This document shows positions 39,968-44,276 of a stretch of DNA of 44,276 bases, one piece after another (positions within the stretch are counted from its first letter, which is position 1; every line of letters begins with the position of its first letter). Source of the DNA: Streblomastix strix. Lineage: Eukaryota. The DNA lies in assembly GCA_008636045.1 (NCBI GenBank), contig SNRW01000014.1:1-44276 (forward strand), written 5' to 3'. Under the pieces are notes generated by a model. The model saw only the letters and a program-made list of their open reading frames with translations, was not told the origin of the DNA and made no database searches. Made by a program: the position numbers and the translations under genes.

Positions 39968-40692
39968 CTAGGAAAACTCAAAAAATGATAATAGAGGGAT
40001 AGAAATTCAACATTCAGAAGAAGTATACGTAGACAATGGATGAGTTTGATGATTGGATGAAAGAAAAGAATTACACAATCTAGGACATAATGAATTAGAA
40101 GATACCATTCATACATACTGAATTCATGACTTGGTTAACTAGAACAAGAAAAACAAAGCCATCATCAGCAAAATACCACGCATCAATACTCAACAAAATG
40201 CTTTCTCCCATATTTGGTACCGTATAGGTCTCCACAACTGTGTAGAGACTCACCACACACGCAATTTCTAATCATTAGATTAACAATCCAAGATATGGGA
40301 GTACCTGGGACATTAATCAACTGTTTGAGTACTGGAGAGAGAGACCAGAAAGTAACCTCCTCTCAAATGAAGAGCTACAAACAAAACTAGCATCATTATT
40401 GATGTCGTTATGCTTTGTAAGAATGGAAGAGATGGCAAACATAGATCTGTCGGTATCGATCATAGATGATTAAGAACAGAGAGCAGCAGTTTGCATTCCA
40501 CCAAAACAATCTGTTTAGAGAGAGAGATATAATGTAAGAAAGACAGAGGAACCTAAAGTCTGTCCAACAGAAACTTTCTTTGTTTGGTTAACAAGACTTA
40601 GAGATCACTTCTAACAAAGTCCAACGAACTTCATACACTTATTTTGGACTGAAAATTGGAAGCAAGCTGATCAGAAATACATTAGCACACAT

Positions 40693-41698
40693 GAGGGTTT
40701 CCGATCAGTACCAACGACCCTGTTTTTATTTTGAAAAAAAAAATAAAATGATTTAAGTCAAACAAAAGTTGGAGCCGTAAATTCTTCAGAAATGCATCGT
40801 TGCGAACTTGCGAAAAAAAAATTTTTTGGATCGTGAGCCATCGGCAGTTTACTTAAGTTATTGAATTTTATTTAATTTATTTTATTTAAATTTTATGATT
40901 AATATTACTAATATTTGTGATATTTTTAAGCATTGGCGCAAGTGAAAACGAAGATTTTCTTTATTTTTTATTTTTCACATCATTCAATGTTTTATTTTAA
41001 TTTTTTTGACAAATTATATAAATAAATTATAAAATACAAATTACAAAATTCGTATATTATATTTATTTCGACAAAAGTGCAAATGAGCGAAAATGAAAAA
41101 TTAAAATCGCGAATTTGCGTCATGTAGATTAAAAATTATCAATTTTATTATACAAAATTTAATTAAAAAATAATAAACATCAAATTAAGTATTAAATGAT
41201 AAAAATAACTATATGAATGTTTCAAAAATTGGAAAGTATAAAAAAGTTTTTTTCTCCATCGCTGGTGCCTAAAAATATCGCAAATATTAATAATGTTTAA
41301 TAAATAACTTTTATAAAATAAATTAAATAAAATTCAAGAGCATATACAGTAGAACTCGGTTAATTCGTACGCCGTTTAATTCGTACCCCCGCTTAATTCG
41401 TATGGATTTTTTGAAAAAACATTAGAGAAAAAAATATTTTTTAGAAAAATATTTAAAAATTAAATAGAAAATACGAATTAGGTTTAATTCGGATTCACAT
41501 TTTCAGAAAAAGTCACCCTACGAATTAACCGAGTTCTACTGTACAACCTGCCGCTGGCTTGTGAACCAAAAAAATTTTTTCGCGCAACTCCGTCATGGTA
41601 GAATTTTAAACATTATAAAACTCCAACTTTTTTGGATTTTAAATTATGTTACAATATTTTTAAAAAATTGGGATGGTTGTTTGTGATCGGATACTCCC
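40693..41698. mobile_element. Non-autonomous foldback DNA transposon with long diverged TIRs (~250-280 bp) and 4-bp TSD ACAT; Sola-like by end features
   Basis: ACAT at 40689-40692 and 41699-41702. Left end GAGGGTTTCCGATCAGTACCAAC versus right-end reverse complement GGGAGTATCCGATCACAAACAAC. Inverted similarity continues inward (gcgaaaaaaaaattttttggatcgtgagccatcggcag versus ctgccgctggcttgtgaaccaaaaaaatttttcgc). Confidence 0.85.
41347..41541. mobile_element. 195-bp pogo/Tc1-mariner-type MITE with perfect 23-bp TIRs and TA TSD
   Basis: TA|CAGTAGAACTCGGTTAATTCGTA ... TACGAATTAACCGAGTTCTACTG|TA. TTAATTCGTA is repeated three times at the left end. Confidence 0.95.
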
Positions 41699-41942
41699 AC
41701 ATCTTGAAAGACTTATTCAAACACTTGGAGTACAAAATGCAACTGCAAACTCCATTAGACACGCATCTTCTACAGAAATAGCAGCACCGGGTTTTGATGG
41801 TAGGACAATAAACATCCTTACACACTATACACCAGATTCGAAGATGAATAAGAAGTTTTACTTTTTTGCTTTGAGTAAGGAACAGGATTCTATAGCATCT
41901 GCACTCGTAAAGAATCACGGCGAGAAGCAAGCTACTTAGATT

Positions 41943-42055
41943 ATCTCAAAATAAAGAGGTGGAGCAAGATTCTCCGAAGGTGCTGGACTACAATTATCTC
42001 CTTTAGAAGATGGTTTGTAGTTATCTCCATAGGAGACTCTTGCTTCACCTCTTTT
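41943..42055 (+). repeat. DIRS internal complementary region (ICR)
   Basis: 41943-42011 is complementary to the left terminus 34020-34088, and ~42014-42055 is complementary to the right terminus ~42478-42519. The two halves are directly adjacent. Confidence 0.92.
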
Positions 42056-42381
42056 CCTCACGATCATATCGACCCAACCCATCGTTGAAGCTGAGTCTCC
42101 GAACGATCACGAGAGTGCAAAAGTCTAGAATTCACAAATGTAGAATGATGATCAAGACATGAATGAGAATTCGTCAGTGTGAGGTTTTTTAGATAAATAT
42201 CATACACAATTTAGAACATAATTCTCTTTTCCTCAATCCTACAATATTAAACTAAGGGGAGGAAGTTTATGTTTTAATTTTTTATCCTCACATCACTCAA
42301 TTATTTTAGTTTTTTCACCTTGCCTAGGACCTTTTTAGTCACAGAAAACCAGTATTGGCACTTTAAGCAGTAAATTTTAAA

Positions 42382-42519
42382 CGCTTTCTTTATTGTATTT
42401 TTATACATGGCCGACCCATAGGGATGGGCAGCTCAACGGAGCACCCAGTCCCAGCGGCCCATTTGGCAATCTCAAAATAAAGGAGTGAAGCAAGAGTCTC
42501 CTATGGAGATAACTGCAAA
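42382..42519 (-). repeat. DIRS right inverted terminal repeat
   Basis: Reverse complement of 34038-34168. Confidence 0.95.
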
Positions 42520-42587
42520 TAATTTTATTAATAAATATTTTTTATCGGTAAATAATTAAATGATTTATTTTTACTACTGTTGATAAG

Positions 42588-43637
42588 ATAATTAAAAGTT
42601 CAATTGAAAATCAAAAATATTCAATATAATTTATATCTATTAAATAAAATATAAGAGAAAATTTAAATGATGAAGAAGTTGAAGCAGTTCTGACCAGTGT
42701 GATGGGATAATAATACAAAGGAGAGACATTCTTAGTTGTTTCAGATGATAAGGGACATTGGTAGAAGAATATGAAATCAGATAATAGTCAAACATAAAGT
42801 TCTGATATTTAAGATGGAATTTAGAAAACTAAGAATTAGAGTGATCTGTAGAAATAAAAAAATAATTTAGAGATTAATCAGTTAATGATAAGAAACCAAA
42901 TTTATAACTTGAATAATGGAAAGAATTGAGAAAAACAAAAGATAAAGAAATTAAAAAATAATAGAAATAATAATGGGGATAAAATGTCAAATTCAATTCA
43001 AATAATGATCAACTAAGAAAAAAGTAATAATGTTGGATCCAGCATTCCTTATCAACGTCCTCGTATACCTACTGAATAGAAAATAATGAAACCAGCGAAT
43101 TCAATTGAAGAGAAAGACTTCCAGATCCGATCAATGAAAGAAACATTCCTGCAGCAGATTGAAGAAAAAGATAACAAATTAAAATAGATTCAGAAATTAA
43201 GTCAAAGAGAACATGATAAAGGAGCATAACTGAGAGTGCAATTAGCAAGAAAAGAATAATAAGATGCTGAGATTGATAGAGAAATAAAATTACTGACTTT
43301 GAGGTTATCTGGACTGGTGAATGAAACGAACAGGAACACGAAAGGGATTAACAATACATAAGTTGGGTAGTTTGATTAGAAGAATGATGAAGATTATGAT
43401 GGATTGGTTAGAAGCAGAAATTTAAAACCAATTAAGTTCTATAATAAATAATAATAAGTTATTATTGATGATGAAGAAGATGATGAAGACTTGGCTGAAG
43501 AATCTAATAAGAAAAAGAAACAGATTAAGAAATAGATCCAATAAATTAATAATGAATAGATGAAGAAGATTTCAAATGATAGCGACGATGAAGATGAAGA
43601 CATTAATGATGATGATGATGAAATTGATGATGACTGA
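42588..43637 (+). pseudogene. 3' exon of a coiled-coil protein with an acidic tail; internal TGA at 42927-42929; 5' part cut off at or near the DIRS
   Basis: A GTAAAT...TAAG intron at 42548-42587 precedes a code-6 frame containing EKDFQIRSMKETFLQQIEEKDNKLKQIQKLSQREHDK and ending DDDDEIDDD-TGA (43635-43637). Confidence 0.55.
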
Positions 43638-43805
43638 TTTTTATAAACACTTCATTTTCTATCATTTCATTTAAATATGTTGAATAAATAGTACTCATAG
43701 TAATTAAAAAATGAATTTGTTGAATAATACTCATTCAGGATTATTGTATTAACACATTGAGATGACGGTTGTTTAAATATAATGCGCATAGCCAGACAAA
43801 CAAAT

Positions 43806-44276
43806 TCACCAATACCAATGCGACCTTTTATTTTTCTTGTTAATGAAGAAGTGCAAAATATATCCTTTAGCAATTTTTGCATAATTGATGATATTTATGT
43901 CTTAATTTGCAAGCTAAAAGTCAATTTCTTCATTGCTACCTTCTTCTTCTAATTACTCTTAAGAATTTATATTAGGCTATTTATCTCTAGATAGAAATTT
44001 GCCAAAGAAACTTCCAATAAAATCCAGTACATTTCCAATATCATCATTATTAATTTCACCATTTCTGTTGAACGAAGAAACTGCAACAGCTAATGGTCTA
44101 ATAAAAACTGATTAGGAAACATATCTATGTGATTTATTATCAATTTTTAAAATATAATTAATTATTTCGTTACATATATTCCTTATTTCTGTAGCTTATT
44201 CATGTTGTTGTTTATTTGCATAATTACTAACATTGAAAATTGATAATTATACTATTGAATTAGGTAAATTTGGAGA
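43806..44276 (-). CDS. 3' end of a third member of the 'EQLEEEG..EEI' family; partial, runs off the window
   Basis: Open code-6 frame SPNLPNSIVQLSIF...QEQLEEEGSNEEIDFQLANQDINIINYAKIAKGYILHFFINKKNKRSHWYW-TGA. Confidence 0.75.

Larger units (their letters stand above)
39920..42182 (+). pseudogene. DIRS tyrosine recombinase, interrupted by the insertion at 40693-41698
   Basis: KLASLLMSLCFVRMEEM (catalytic Arg region) and KVCPTETF. Removing the insertion plus one TSD copy restores ISTHLERLIQTLGVQNATANSIRHASST...THYTPDSKMNKKFY. The frame runs through the ICR to TGA 42180-42182. Confidence 0.9.
34020..42519 (+). mobile_element. DIRS-1-type tyrosine-recombinase retrotransposon, structurally full length but decayed
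   Basis: Inverted terminal repeats, an internal complementary region, and the ORF1 - RT/RNase H/MT - YR gene order. Several TGAs and frameshifts, plus a nested insertion in YR. Confidence 0.95.

Noticed and set aside
39500..41900. Methyltransferase plus tyrosine recombinase as a prophage or bacterial defence island
   Set aside because: Both are standard DIRS modules downstream of RT/RNase H, lie within ITRs, and use the host TAR=Gln code.
6401..42929. General TGA-to-Trp (all-stops-reassigned) code suggested by scattered in-frame TGAs
   Set aside because: The TGAs align to mixed residues (Arg, Gly, Trp) and concentrate in transposons and fast-evolving genes. I saw none in the conserved parts of PI4K, PIG-M or the importin-like gene, which use TGG for Trp.
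624..43882. Most short ORFs in the supplied track (e.g. 3950-4585 -, 7848-8087 -, 29405-29776 +, 34064-34777 +, 38351-38737 -)
   Set aside because: They are antisense or off-frame shadows of longer code-6 genes, or low-complexity artefacts of translating with the wrong code.

Overview
Very AT-rich, intron-containing eukaryotic DNA that uses a non-standard genetic code: TAA/TAG read as Gln and only TGA stops (translation table 6). The supplied standard-code ORF track therefore fragments the real genes. The code, the short GT-AG introns and the gene families suggest an oxymonad such as Streblomastix (inference). Retranslated by hand, the window contains: a ~996-aa type I membrane surface protein; a ~2,580-aa Q/N/E-inflated PI 4-kinase (PIK1/PI4KB type); an RRM + ARM-like gene; two further genes sharing an 'EQI/LEEEG..EEI' C-terminal module; a divergent importin-alpha-like gene; and PIG-M. 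Mobile DNA comprises two decayed pogo-type (DDE_1) transposases, a ~0.9-kb TIR element, and a structurally complete but decayed DIRS-type tyrosine-recombinase retrotransposon (~34,020-42,519). The DIRS has inverted terminal repeats, an internal complementary region, a long ORF1, RT/RNase H/methyltransferase and YR. Its YR gene is interrupted by a long-TIR foldback element (4-bp TSD) that itself carries a pogo-like MITE. I found no system I can defend as wholly new; the best leads are the DIRS architecture, the triple nest and the shared-module gene family.
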